Shown here in pieces: positions 19,792-29,113 of a stretch of 64,000 nt of DNA. Position numbers and translations under genes: made by a program. This stretch comes from Candidatus Peregrinibacteria bacterium (GTDB taxonomy: Bacteria; Patescibacteriota; Gracilibacteria; UM-FILTER-43-11). Positions within the stretch are counted from its first letter, which is position 1. Each line of letters begins with the position of its first letter. The notes below the pieces were generated by a model. The model saw nothing but the letters and a program-made list of their open reading frames with translations. It did not search any database and was not told the origin of the DNA. The stretch spans positions 8,519 to 72,518 of the forward strand of contig JAFGCR010000002.1 in assembly GCA_016932495.1 (NCBI GenBank), read 5' to 3'.

Positions 19792-20136
19792 ATGATCTCC
19801 TCTAAAGAACAACACCGCCAAAGACGTCATCAGAAAATCCGGGCTAAAGTCTTCGGGACCGATAAACGACCGAGGCTATCCGTTTTCCGGAGTCATGTCG
19901 CTATTTATGCCCAGCTGATTGACGATAAAGAAGCAAAAGTACTGGTTTCCGCCTCTTCTCTTAAGCAAAATAAAGGAAATACCACTGAAGGAGCCAGGCA
20001 GGCAGGTCTTGAATTGGCCAAAGCCGCCAAAGGCAAGAAAATTTCTGCCTGTATCTTTGATCGCGGCGGCTATCTTTATCACGGCCGCGTCAAAGCCCTG
20101 GCAGAAGGCGCCCGTGAAGGCGGACTGGAATTTTAA
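19792..20136 (+). CDS. rplR: 50S ribosomal protein L18
   Basis: RPRLSVFRS, FDRGGYLYHGRVKALA. Confidence 0.98.
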   Translation: MISSKEQHRQRRHQKIRAKVFGTDKRPRLSVFRSHVAIYAQLIDDKEAKVLVSASSLKQNKGNTTEGARQAGLELAKAAKGKKISACIFDRGGYLYHGRVKALAEGAREGGLEF

Positions 20137-20165
20137 TATTCAATTTTTAATTTTTAATAAGCATT

Positions 20166-20753
20166 ATGGCTAAAAAGAATCAACCAAGAGGCCCGCGTCA
20201 TGAAAAAGAGCCAAAGGAGTTCGAAGAGGAGGTACTTCAGATAGACCGGGTGACCCGTGTGGTAAAAGGCGGCCGCCGTTTACGTTTCCGTTGCCTGGTG
20301 GCGATCGGGGACAAAAAAGGGCGGGTAGGCATTGGGATCGGAAAGGCCACGGAAGTTGTTAACGGAATCAAAAAAGCAGTTACGAAAGCCAAAAAAAATC
20401 TGATCAAGGTGCCTATTACTGATACTGATACCATTCCCCATGAAATAAAGATCAAACATAAATCCGCCCGTCTTTTTATTATGCCGGCTTCATCCGGTAC
20501 GGGTGTGATTGCGGGCGGATCTCTGCGAAAAATTCTGAATCTTGCCGGGGTTAAAAATGTTTTAAGTAAAAGTTACGGCACGAACAATAAAGTGGTCACT
20601 GCCCAGGCTTCCATCAAGGCTCTGCAGAGGCTGCGGCCTGCCAGAAAGGCCAAAAAAATTGAGGACAAAAAGGAGAAACCAGTGGAATCCAAAAAAGAAA
20701 CGTCCGAAAAGCCAGTCAAAAAAGAACCAAATAAAGAAAAGAAAGAGGAATAA
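20166..20753 (+). CDS. rpsE: 30S ribosomal protein S5 with charged C-terminal extension
   Basis: RVTRVVKGGRR, PASSGTGVIAGG. Confidence 0.98.
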   Translation: MAKKNQPRGPRHEKEPKEFEEEVLQIDRVTRVVKGGRRLRFRCLVAIGDKKGRVGIGIGKATEVVNGIKKAVTKAKKNLIKVPITDTDTIPHEIKIKHKSARLFIMPASSGTGVIAGGSLRKILNLAGVKNVLSKSYGTNNKVVTAQASIKALQRLRPARKAKKIEDKKEKPVESKKETSEKPVKKEPNKEKKEE

Positions 20754-20801
20754 TCTTCTCCTGAATTAAATTCAGGATTTAATTTTCAATTTTTAATCAA
20801 T

Positions 20802-21239
20802 ATGCTGTTAAATTCTATTCAATCAAAAAGCGGCGCTACGAAGAAAAAAAAGCGGATCGGGCGAGGGAATGCTTCGGGCCATGGAACGTTTTCAGGCCGT
20901 GGCTGCAAAGGGCAGGGTCAGCGCAAAAGCGGCAATGTCCGTCCGGGTTTTGAGGGTGGCCAGACCCCGCTTATTATGCGCCTCCCCAAACTCAGAGGCT
21001 TTAAAAATCCCACCAAGGCTTATTTCCAAGTCGTTAATGTCAAAGATCTCGATCGTTTCAAAGATGGTGATGAGGTCAATGTGCTGACGTTGCTGGAAAA
21101 AAGACTGGTACGCCAAAAAGGAGAGCCTGTTAAATTGCTGGGGCATGGCAAATTAACCAAAAAATTAACCGTCAAACTCCATAAAATCTCGGCAACAGCC
21201 AAAGATAAAGTGCTTCAGGCAGGCGGGAAAATAATCTAA
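20802..21239 (+). CDS. rplO: 50S ribosomal protein L15
   Basis: GRGNASGHG, GFEGGQTPL. Confidence 0.98.
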   Translation: MLLNSIQSKSGATKKKKRIGRGNASGHGTFSGRGCKGQGQRKSGNVRPGFEGGQTPLIMRLPKLRGFKNPTKAYFQVVNVKDLDRFKDGDEVNVLTLLEKRLVRQKGEPVKLLGHGKLTKKLTVKLHKISATAKDKVLQAGGKII

Positions 21240-21269
21240 ATTTTCATTTATCATTTTTCATTTTAAAGG

Positions 21270-22568
21270 TTGTTTAAATATCTCAAACAAATCTGGCAAT
21301 CCGCAACGCTTCGCCGCCGAATTTTATTCACTCTTTTTATTCTGCTGGTTTTCCGGATCGCCGCTCATATTACCGTGCCCGGTGTGAATATTGCGGAATT
21401 AAAGAATATTTTTGACCAGAACAGCTTGCTGGGCGTTTTTTCGGCGATGACAGGTGGGTCAATGGAACGTTTTTCCATCGTTTTAATGGGGCTGGCACCT
21501 TATATCAACGCGTCCATTATCATGCAGCTGATGACGGTTGTTGTCCCTAAACTTGAAGCCCTTTCTAAAGAAGGGATGGAAGGGCGCCGCCAGATCAACA
21601 AATATACCCGCTGGCTGACCATTCCCCTGGCCTTTCTTCAGTCTTACGGCATGATTATTTTACTCAATCAAAGCTCACAAGGCCGCCTGATTCCGGGAGC
21701 CGGACAGCTGGGAATCATCCTGCCCATTATGCTGATCGTCACCGCGGGCACGATTTTGATCATGTGGCTGGGTGAACTGATCACCGAAAATGGTATCGGA
21801 AACGGCATCTCTCTGATCATCTTTACGGGTATTATCGCGGGAATCCCTACGATTTTTGGCCGTATGCTAGGCACATTTCAGGCCGGCGACACCACCAAAA
21901 TGGCCCACTTTCTTCTTTTTATCCTCCTGACCCTGCTGTTGCTTGTGTTTGTGGTGATCATATCCGAAGGGCAACGCAATATTCCTATTACATACGCAAC
22001 CCGCGCCACCGGAGGTAAGGGAGAAAAATCCGTTTTGCCGATCCGTGTGAATCAGGCAGGCATGATCCCGATCATTTTTGCGATTTCCATGGTGACGTTT
22101 CCATCCGTTATTGCCCAGTTTTTCAGCGTTTCCAATTCGGGTGCCCTTCAGGCGACCGCTGATTTTATCAATAAATATCTGAACGCCAATAATCCCAGCT
22201 ATTTTTATCTGGTCACCTATTTCCTTCTTATCGTCGCTTTTTCTTATTTTTACGTGAGCGTGACGTTTAATCCGGACAATGTCGCTGAGACCATCCAAAA
22301 ACGGGGCGGTTTTATTCCCGGCATCCGCCCAGGCCGCCAGACCGCTGAATTTTTAGGCAGGACCTCCAGCCATCTTAATCTTTTTGGCGGTTCCTTTATC
22401 GCGTTGGTCGCGGTGGTCCCGATTATTTTTACCAAATACACTACCCTTTCCTCCGGCGATTTGATCATCAGCGGGGCGGGGCTGATCATTATGGTCGGTG
22501 TCGTGCTGGAACTCATCCGTCAGATCGATGCTCAGCTGGTGATGCATGATTACGAGAAATTATATTAG
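21270..22568 (+). CDS. secY: Preprotein translocase SecY
   Basis: PYINASIIMQL, GIGNGISLIIF, FIPGIRPG; TTG start. Confidence 0.98.
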   Translation: MFKYLKQIWQSATLRRRILFTLFILLVFRIAAHITVPGVNIAELKNIFDQNSLLGVFSAMTGGSMERFSIVLMGLAPYINASIIMQLMTVVVPKLEALSKEGMEGRRQINKYTRWLTIPLAFLQSYGMIILLNQSSQGRLIPGAGQLGIILPIMLIVTAGTILIMWLGELITENGIGNGISLIIFTGIIAGIPTIFGRMLGTFQAGDTTKMAHFLLFILLTLLLLVFVVIISEGQRNIPITYATRATGGKGEKSVLPIRVNQAGMIPIIFAISMVTFPSVIAQFFSVSNSGALQATADFINKYLNANNPSYFYLVTYFLLIVAFSYFYVSVTFNPDNVAETIQKRGGFIPGIRPGRQTAEFLGRTSSHLNLFGGSFIALVAVVPIIFTKYTTLSSGDLIISGAGLIIMVGVVLELIRQIDAQLVMHDYEKLY

Positions 22569-22613
22569 TGTGTCTCGGGGCTCGTGTCTCGCGGCTCGTA
22601 ATAGTTTATCAAG

Positions 22614-23252
22614 ATGGATATTATTTTATTCGGAATGCAGGGGTCAGGCAAAGGAACCCAGGGGCACTACCTGGCAGAAAAATACGGCCTGACTGTTTTT
22701 GAGATGGGCGGACAGCTGCGCCAGATTATTAAATCCGGCTCCTCTCTGGGCGAAAAAATCAAAGGAATCGTAGAGGCAGGAAACCTGGTGGATGATAATA
22801 CGATTATGGAGGTGGTCGAAAATTTTCTTTCTGATCTTACCCCGGAGCAGGCGGTTCTTTTTGACGGCATTCCCCGCACGATAACCCAATCTGAAAAATT
22901 GTTAAATTTGCTTACCCATCACCAACGGGACGCTTTTGCGGTCCTTATCAAAATATCCGAAGATGAGGCGATTAAACGGCTGACACAGCGCCGGGTCTGC
23001 GAAAACTGCAAAGGAGTTTACCCCCCTGCCTATAAAGCCGACACCTGTGAACATTGCGGCGGTAAATTGGTGGTCCGCCATGATGACAATCTGGAAAGCA
23101 TCCAGCGCCGTCTGGAGAATTATAGAAATGAGACCCTTCCTGTGATCAGCAGCTTTTATGAACGGGACCGTTTGATTGAAGTCGATGGGGAGCAGGTTAT
23201 TGAAAAGGTGACCAAAGAGATGTTTGAGAAAGTGGATTATTTATTTACGTGA
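22614..23252 (+). CDS. adk: Adenylate kinase (Zn-lid type)
   Basis: GMQGSGKGTQ, FDGIPRT, CxxC..CxxC lid. Confidence 0.95.
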   Translation: MDIILFGMQGSGKGTQGHYLAEKYGLTVFEMGGQLRQIIKSGSSLGEKIKGIVEAGNLVDDNTIMEVVENFLSDLTPEQAVLFDGIPRTITQSEKLLNLLTHHQRDAFAVLIKISEDEAIKRLTQRRVCENCKGVYPPAYKADTCEHCGGKLVVRHDDNLESIQRRLENYRNETLPVISSFYERDRLIEVDGEQVIEKVTKEMFEKVDYLFT

Positions 23253-23297
23253 CTCGTGTCCCGCGACTTGTGTTTTGTCTAAGCAAACCTATTATTT

Positions 23298-24053
23298 ATG
23301 GACGGTTTTATTCCCATTAAAACACCAGCACAGATCAGGGCGATGCGGGAAGGGGGCCGTATTTTAAGAGAGGCTCTTTTGGTCGCCGAAAAAGCTGTCT
23401 GCCCAGGCATTACCACGTATGACCTTGATAAAATCGTCGAAAAGACCATTGTGCGCCATAAAGGGGCTCAGCCGGGATTTAAGGGGTATCGCGGATTTCC
23501 GGCTACACTTTGTACTTCTGTGAATGAAGAAGTGGTTCATGGCATCCCAAGCCATGACCGTATTTTAAAAGAAGGGGATATCGTAGGGATCGACTGCGGT
23601 GTTTATTATAAGGGCCTTTACACAGACGCCTGCATTACCGTTATGGTTGGCAGGGTCCGTCCTGAGGTCAGCCATTTTGTTAAAACAACCAAGAAAGCCC
23701 TTAAAAACGCGATTAAAAAAGTCCGGCCGGGAGGGTATGTCGGCGATATTTCCGCTGCTATCCAGAAAACCCTTGAGGATCAGAATTATTCACCTGTGAT
23801 CGAGTGTACCGGTCATGGGGTCGGGGAAAATCTTCACGAACCTCCGGAAATCCTCAACGTAGGGCAAAAAGGAACTGGCCCGCTGATCAAACCGGGAATG
23901 GTTTTTGCAATCGAACCCATCTCTGCCATGGGAGATGGCGCAGTTATCACTGCAGAAGACGGATGGACTGTTGTTACGGCGGACAAGAGTCTTTCCGCCC
24001 ATTTTGAGCACACGGTTCTGGTCACCAAGAAGGATTGTGAGGTGCTGGTTTAG
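23298..24053 (+). CDS. map: Type I methionine aminopeptidase
   Basis: SVNEEVVHGIP, GHGVG..LHE, SAHFEHT. Confidence 0.97.
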   Translation: MDGFIPIKTPAQIRAMREGGRILREALLVAEKAVCPGITTYDLDKIVEKTIVRHKGAQPGFKGYRGFPATLCTSVNEEVVHGIPSHDRILKEGDIVGIDCGVYYKGLYTDACITVMVGRVRPEVSHFVKTTKKALKNAIKKVRPGGYVGDISAAIQKTLEDQNYSPVIECTGHGVGENLHEPPEILNVGQKGTGPLIKPGMVFAIEPISAMGDGAVITAEDGWTVVTADKSLSAHFEHTVLVTKKDCEVLV

Positions 24054-24078
24054 TGTTTTATGATTTATTTTTTTCTTC

Positions 24079-24216
24079 GTGTATATGACCCGCTCCCGCA
24101 TTGCGGGGTATGGGCGGGGCTCCAATGTAATTGGGGTAAAGTACAGATCCTGGATCCCCTGAATCAAGTTCAGGGTCAGGAAGGGGTAAGAAAGAAATTA
24201 GAGTAAAGAAAGAAGA
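24079..24216 (+). repeat. Hairpin plus polypurine dispersed repeat, copy C, interrupted by a REP-like unit
   Basis: ...GGGGTAAAG [REP 24145-24180] AAGGGGTAAGAAAGAAATTAGAGTAAAGAAAGAAG. Confidence 0.6.
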
Positions 24217-24345
24217 TATATTTTATAAAATATTTTTAAAATTTGTCTATATAAAATTCACCAAAAATAAAAAAACTTAAAAAATCTCTTGTCCTCTCTG
24301 GTCCAATTGTGTACACTCTTACCGCTTTTGTTCACTCGTCTCTCT

Positions 24346-24573
24346 ATGGCCAAACAAGTTATCGAGGTGGAAGGAAAGGTCGTTGAATCTCTCTCAAATG
24401 CAACTTTTAAAGTTGAGCTGATCGGTGAGCAATATAAAGGCCATACCATTTTGGCGCATGTCTCCGGTAAGGTCCGCATGAATTATATCCGCATCCTGCC
24501 GGGCGACATCGTCACGGTCGAAATCACACCTTACGATTTATCTAAAGGGCGAATCACTTATCGTCATAAATAA
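24346..24573 (+). CDS. infA: Translation initiation factor IF-1
   Basis: [22 protein letters not shown] 24346. Confidence 0.97.
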   Translation: MAKQVIEVEGKVVESLSNATFKVELIGEQYKGHTILAHVSGKVRMNYIRILPGDIVTVEITPYDLSKGRITYRHK

Positions 24574-24584
24574 TTATCCACACC

Positions 24585-24701
24585 ATGAAAGTAAGAGCTT
24601 CGGTTAAAAAAATTTGTGACAAATGCCGTGTTATTAAACGGAAAGGCGTTATCCGTGTGATCTGCCCTGCATCCAAAAAGCACAAACAAAGGCAAGGTTA
24701 G
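24585..24701 (+). CDS. rpmJ: 50S ribosomal protein L36 (not in ORF track)
   Basis: Manual translation [38 protein letters not shown]. Confidence 0.97.
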   Translation: MKVRASVKKICDKCRVIKRKGVIRVICPASKKHKQRQG

Positions 24702-24740
24702 CTGAATTTTAAATTTTAAGTTTTAAGTTTTAATTTTGAT

Positions 24741-25121
24741 ATGGCTAGAATAGCTGGAGTCAATCTTCCCAAAGGAAAGCGCATTGAGGTCGCCCTTACT
24801 TACATTTATGGTATTGGGCGACGTCTCAGCCGTCAGGTTTTAACCAGTCTGAAAATCGATCTGGACACAAAGGTCGAAGATCTCTCTTCCGCCCAGGAGC
24901 AAAAAATCCGTGAAGCGGTTTCAAAACTAAGGGTCGAAGGCGATTTAAAGCGTCAGGTCGGCGGGGATATCAAACGTCTGCAGGAAATCGGGACTTACCG
25001 CGGTTTCCGTCACCGCCGCCGCCTGCCTGTACGCGGGCAGCGCACTAAAACCAATGCCCGCACTAAACGCGGCAAACGCGTGACAATGGGCAGCGGAAAA
25101 ATAAAAGAAGCAAAGAAATAA
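24741..25121 (+). CDS. rpsM: 30S ribosomal protein S13
   Basis: [21 protein letters not shown]. Confidence 0.98.
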   Translation: MARIAGVNLPKGKRIEVALTYIYGIGRRLSRQVLTSLKIDLDTKVEDLSSAQEQKIREAVSKLRVEGDLKRQVGGDIKRLQEIGTYRGFRHRRRLPVRGQRTKTNARTKRGKRVTMGSGKIKEAKK

Positions 25122-25229
25122 AACCACGATTACACTGATTTAAATGATGCGCATGATACACTCAGTTGCCATTCATTTAAAATCATGACGATCATCATAG
25201 CTTATCAATTCAATCTTTTAATCACAGTT
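25122..25229. repeat. Inverted ~9-mer array, homolog of 17682-17787
   Basis: aaccacgattacactgatt ... aatcttttaatcacagtt. Confidence 0.7.
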
Positions 25230-25243
25230 TAATTTTCATTTCA

Positions 25244-25633
25244 ATGGCAGAGAAAGTCACTAAAAACAGGAAGAAGATCCGGAAGACCGTCCCCTTGGCG
25301 CATGCGCATATAACCGCGACTTATAATAATACTATGATCAGTATTACCGAGCCGAATGGTAATGTCCTGGCATGGGCATCTGCCGGAGCCAATGGTTTTA
25401 AGGGCACACGTAAATCCACTCCTTACGCGGCCACCGTCACTGCTGAAAAAATCGCGGAAAAAGTGGCGCCTTACGGAGTGGAGCATTTAAAAGTTTTTAT
25501 AAAAGGAGTCGGTACCGGCCGCGAACAGGCTGTCCGCGGACTGCACGCCTCCGGTTTTGAGCTTGATGCTATTTTTGACAATACTCCCATGCCGCACAAT
25601 GGCTGCCGCAAACGAAGATCCCGCCGAGTCTAA
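25244..25633 (+). CDS. rpsK: 30S ribosomal protein S11
   Basis: ATYNNT, KSTPYAA, PHNGCR. Confidence 0.98.
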   Translation: MAEKVTKNRKKIRKTVPLAHAHITATYNNTMISITEPNGNVLAWASAGANGFKGTRKSTPYAATVTAEKIAEKVAPYGVEHLKVFIKGVGTGREQAVRGLHASGFELDAIFDNTPMPHNGCRKRRSRRV

Positions 25634-25665
25634 CAATCTTTAAATCTTAAATTTTAAATTCTAGA

Positions 25666-26277
25666 ATGAGATATACTGGTCCGAAAGCACGATTATGCCG
25701 ACGTCATCGCGCCAACTTGTTTGGCACTTCAAAATATACCAAGATTTTGGAACGGCGGTCCGGGAAGCCGGGCGCCCATGGTGCCCGTATGGCTTTTGGT
25801 AAATTAAGTGAATACGGTTCACAGCTTAGCGAAAAACAGAAAGCCCGTACCCTTTTCGGTATCTCCGAAAAACAATTCAGCAATTATTTTAAAAAAGCGT
25901 CGGCTATGCCTGGTGAAACAGGCGAGAATCTTTTACGCCTGCTGGAGCTTCGTCTGGATAATGTGATTTATGTTTCTCAATTTGCGGTTACCCGTATACA
26001 GGCACGCCAAATGGTCACTCATGGCCATTTCCGTCTGAACGGGCGTCGGGTCGATATCCCTTCGATCCAGGTCCGCCCGGGAGATAAGATCGAGCTCATC
26101 GATAAAATGAAAAATTCACCGCTTTACGGCGGTCTGGAGAAACTGAAAGATTATTCCCCCAAATGGCTGAAAGTGGACCTTAAAAAAATTGGTGTCGACA
26201 TTCTTTCCCCGCCGGAAAAAGATGATCTGGAGAAGAGCATCGACAGCCAATTGATCGTTGAATTCTATTCACGATAA
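25666..26277 (+). CDS. rpsD: 30S ribosomal protein S4
   Basis: RYTGPK, LELRLDN, ARQMVTHGH, IVEFYSR. Confidence 0.98.
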   Translation: MRYTGPKARLCRRHRANLFGTSKYTKILERRSGKPGAHGARMAFGKLSEYGSQLSEKQKARTLFGISEKQFSNYFKKASAMPGETGENLLRLLELRLDNVIYVSQFAVTRIQARQMVTHGHFRLNGRRVDIPSIQVRPGDKIELIDKMKNSPLYGGLEKLKDYSPKWLKVDLKKIGVDILSPPEKDDLEKSIDSQLIVEFYSR

Positions 26278-26306
26278 CCCCTTATCTTTTTTAACCTTAA
26301 TGCACT

Positions 26307-27293
26307 ATGCATATCATTCAAGAAGAAATCGGCTTACCTAAAATCAAGGCTGACTCTGCCAGCCCGAATCATGCGGTATTCACGATCAGTCCTCTTCCGT
26401 CAGGATATGGAATGACTTTAGGGAACGCGTTTCGCCGAGTTCTTTTATCTTCTCTTCCCGGTGCCGCCATCACATCGGTGAAAATCGAAGGGGTTACTCA
26501 TGAATATGCCACCATCCCCGGGGTGCAGGATAGTGTGCTTGATATTATTTTGAATTTAAAACAGCTCCAGCTTAAAAAACATTCCAAAGAACCGGAAGTT
26601 ATTAAATTGTCCTTTAAAAAAGAAGGGGATGTGCTTGCCAAGAATATCGAACACTCCAGTGATATCGAGATCCTGAACCCGGATCTCCGTATAACTACCT
26701 TGACCAAAAAAACCGCTAAACTGAATATAGAAATGCGTGTAGAGAAGGGTGTCGGATACGAACCGGTCACCTTACGGAAGAAAAGCGGGAAAGAATTGGG
26801 AATGATTCTGATCGACGCCATTTATAGCCCGGTTCTAAAAGTTCGTTACGATGTTTCCAATACCCGTGTGGGCGAGATGACTGACCTCGATAAACTGACC
26901 CTCGAAATCGAGACCAATGGTTCTATCAGCCCGGAAGATACTTTAAAATTTACAGCCAGTGTCCTCAAATCTTATTTTGATCTGTTCCTGGTCGAAGAAG
27001 AGGAGGTGGAACCGGATTTCCGCAGCGACCGCCAGCAGGTCAAAGCCAAAGAGCTCCAGGAAGAAGAAGAGGAATCCAAAAAAGAAACCTATACGCCTAT
27101 CGAAATCCTCAATTTTTCTCCGCGCACTCTTAATTCATTGATCAATGGAGGGATCGGTTCGATCGAGCAGCTGGTCAAATGCACGCCAAGCAAACTCGGT
27201 AATTTCCGCGGTTTTGGCAAAAAAGCTATGACCGAAGTCAGCGAAGCCCTCGCTACCCGCGGTCTGAAACTGATGGATGAGCGCGAATTTTAG
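26307..27293 (+). CDS. rpoA: RNA polymerase alpha subunit
   Basis: GMTLGNAFRRVLLSSLPG, IDAIYSPV, alpha-CTD. Confidence 0.98.
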   Translation: MHIIQEEIGLPKIKADSASPNHAVFTISPLPSGYGMTLGNAFRRVLLSSLPGAAITSVKIEGVTHEYATIPGVQDSVLDIILNLKQLQLKKHSKEPEVIKLSFKKEGDVLAKNIEHSSDIEILNPDLRITTLTKKTAKLNIEMRVEKGVGYEPVTLRKKSGKELGMILIDAIYSPVLKVRYDVSNTRVGEMTDLDKLTLEIETNGSISPEDTLKFTASVLKSYFDLFLVEEEEVEPDFRSDRQQVKAKELQEEEEESKKETYTPIEILNFSPRTLNSLINGGIGSIEQLVKCTPSKLGNFRGFGKKAMTEVSEALATRGLKLMDEREF

Positions 27294-27346
27294 CTTTTGC
27301 TTTTACCCATACCAGAAACTGAATTCTTTAATCTTTAATCCACTCC

Positions 27347-27700
27347 ATGCGTCACGCTGTTAAATCCACACGAATCAACCGGGATGAAGCCCACCTGGAT
27401 GCCATGCTCAGAAATATGGTGACCTCTATTATTCTTTACGAAAAAGTAAAAACAACCCGCGCTAAAGCCAAACTGGTGAAGCCTTTGGTCGAAAAGGTGA
27501 TCAGCGCTACCCGCAAACAATCCCCTGTGCAGGCTATGCGCAGTCTCAATCGCTATTTGTCCGATAAAAATGCTTCTGTAAAACTTGTTAAAGAACTGAA
27601 AGACCGCTATAAAGACCGCTCTTCCGGGTTTGTCCGGCTGACTCATTTGGGCTTTCGGGTCGGAGACGCGGCACCCATGGTACAAATTGAACTTGTTTAA
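27347..27700 (+). CDS. rplQ: 50S ribosomal protein L17
   Basis: MRH, KTTRAKAK, RVGDAAPM. Confidence 0.97.
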   Translation: MRHAVKSTRINRDEAHLDAMLRNMVTSIILYEKVKTTRAKAKLVKPLVEKVISATRKQSPVQAMRSLNRYLSDKNASVKLVKELKDRYKDRSSGFVRLTHLGFRVGDAAPMVQIELV

Positions 27701-27704
27701 TCCT

Positions 27705-28142
27705 ATGACACTTAAAACTCATACACCAAAGAAGGAATCCAAAGCCGATAAGAAATGGTTTCTGGTCGATGCCGAAGGAAAGACCCTTGGTCATTTAGCC
27801 ACCCAGATCGCTGTAACCCTACGCGGGAAGGGCAAACCCACTTTTACCCCCCATCTGGACATGGGTGACTATGTGGTGGTTATCAATGCTGATAAGATCC
27901 GTTTAACGGGCCAAAAAGAATCGCAGAAAGAGTATATCCATCACACAGGTTATCTGGGGCATCTGCGCCGCCAATCCATCAAAGAGGTGCGTACTAAAAA
28001 CCCCGCCCGCATTATAGAAGAGGCTGTTGCCGGTATGGTCCCCCGCAATCGCCTTAAGAAATTCATTTTGGCAAAACTTAAAGTGTATGCCGGCACTGAT
28101 CATCCTCACGGGGGCCAAAAACTTAAACCTCTATCCATTTAA
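27705..28142 (+). CDS. rplM: 50S ribosomal protein L13
   Basis: WFLVDA, LRGKGKPTFTPH, GDYVVVINA; ATG 27705. Confidence 0.97.
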   Translation: MTLKTHTPKKESKADKKWFLVDAEGKTLGHLATQIAVTLRGKGKPTFTPHLDMGDYVVVINADKIRLTGQKESQKEYIHHTGYLGHLRRQSIKEVRTKNPARIIEEAVAGMVPRNRLKKFILAKLKVYAGTDHPHGGQKLKPLSI

Positions 28143-28158
28143 TTAATTTATATTATTT

Positions 28159-28587
28159 ATGCCCACGAAGACTGAAGAAAAAACATCTATCGAACGGAAG
28201 GGTAAATATTATTACGCGAATGGGAAGCGGAAAACATCCGTTGCCCGTGTTCGCTTATATGAAAAGGGGAAGGGGGATATCGTAGTGAATGATCAGCCGC
28301 TGAACGATTATTTTTTCGGCGCTTTGATCGGCGATGTGAAATCTCCTCTGAAGTTAGTCGATATGCTGAAAAGTTTTGACGTGGTTGTGAAGGTGGCAGG
28401 AGGGGGTGTCAGTTCACAGGCAGATGCTGTCCGGCATGGCATTGCCAAGGCGTTAACGGTTTTTGATCCTGCCTTAAGAACGATTTTAAAACGTGCCGGC
28501 CTTTTAACACGGGATGCCCGCGTGAAAGAGCGTAAGAAATTCGGCCTCCATCGGGCGCGCCGTGCTCCCCAGTGGAGTAAACGTTAA
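28159..28587 (+). CDS. rpsI: 30S ribosomal protein S9
   Basis: [28 protein letters not shown]. Confidence 0.98.
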   Translation: MPTKTEEKTSIERKGKYYYANGKRKTSVARVRLYEKGKGDIVVNDQPLNDYFFGALIGDVKSPLKLVDMLKSFDVVVKVAGGGVSSQADAVRHGIAKALTVFDPALRTILKRAGLLTRDARVKERKKFGLHRARRAPQWSKR

Positions 28588-28598
28588 ATCATTCAATC

Positions 28599-28624
28599 AA
28601 CCCGCCTCCCTTGGCGGGTTTTTT
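28599..28624 (+). terminator. Rho-independent terminator of the ribosomal superoperon
   Basis: AACCCGCC-tccctt-GGCGGGTT followed by a T-run. Confidence 0.85.
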
Positions 28625-29113
28625 GTATAAACCATTCCACCGGATTACAAAACCAATCCTCCTTTACGCTGTACTGCCTTCTTACTGCCGTCTTTTTTCT
28701 GTGAAACCGAATGGCTATCTTTTGACCGGCCAAAAGATAGCCGAGAAAACCCGCCCGCTAGGGCAATGTCCTTCTTCTTAAAATTTTGCATACAAAATTT
28801 CATTCAGAAGCCTTTCGTTCCGTGTCTCTTCGGCAGGCTCAGAGCCACTGCACTTCAGAACGCATTGTTCGCAACCCAAACGGGGGATCACGAACCCAAT
28901 CCGCCGATGTGCCTTATGCCAGCCTCTCCATAGGCGCGATCCCCCCGGTCCCCCCGGTACCCCATGTCTTTGTCCTGCCCTGCGAATATCGGGGCTGTAT
29001 TGCCGTGCCGATACTAAAAAAACAACAAACAAGCCCCCCCATGACAAGGGGGGTAGGGGGTTAAACAACAAAAAATAAAAAAATCAGAATAACCTACAAT
29101 GATTATTTTACGG

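Noticed and set aside
28778..29071. Overlapping 92-97-aa ORFs on both strands
   Set aside because: They run through hairpins and repeats and lack protein-like features.
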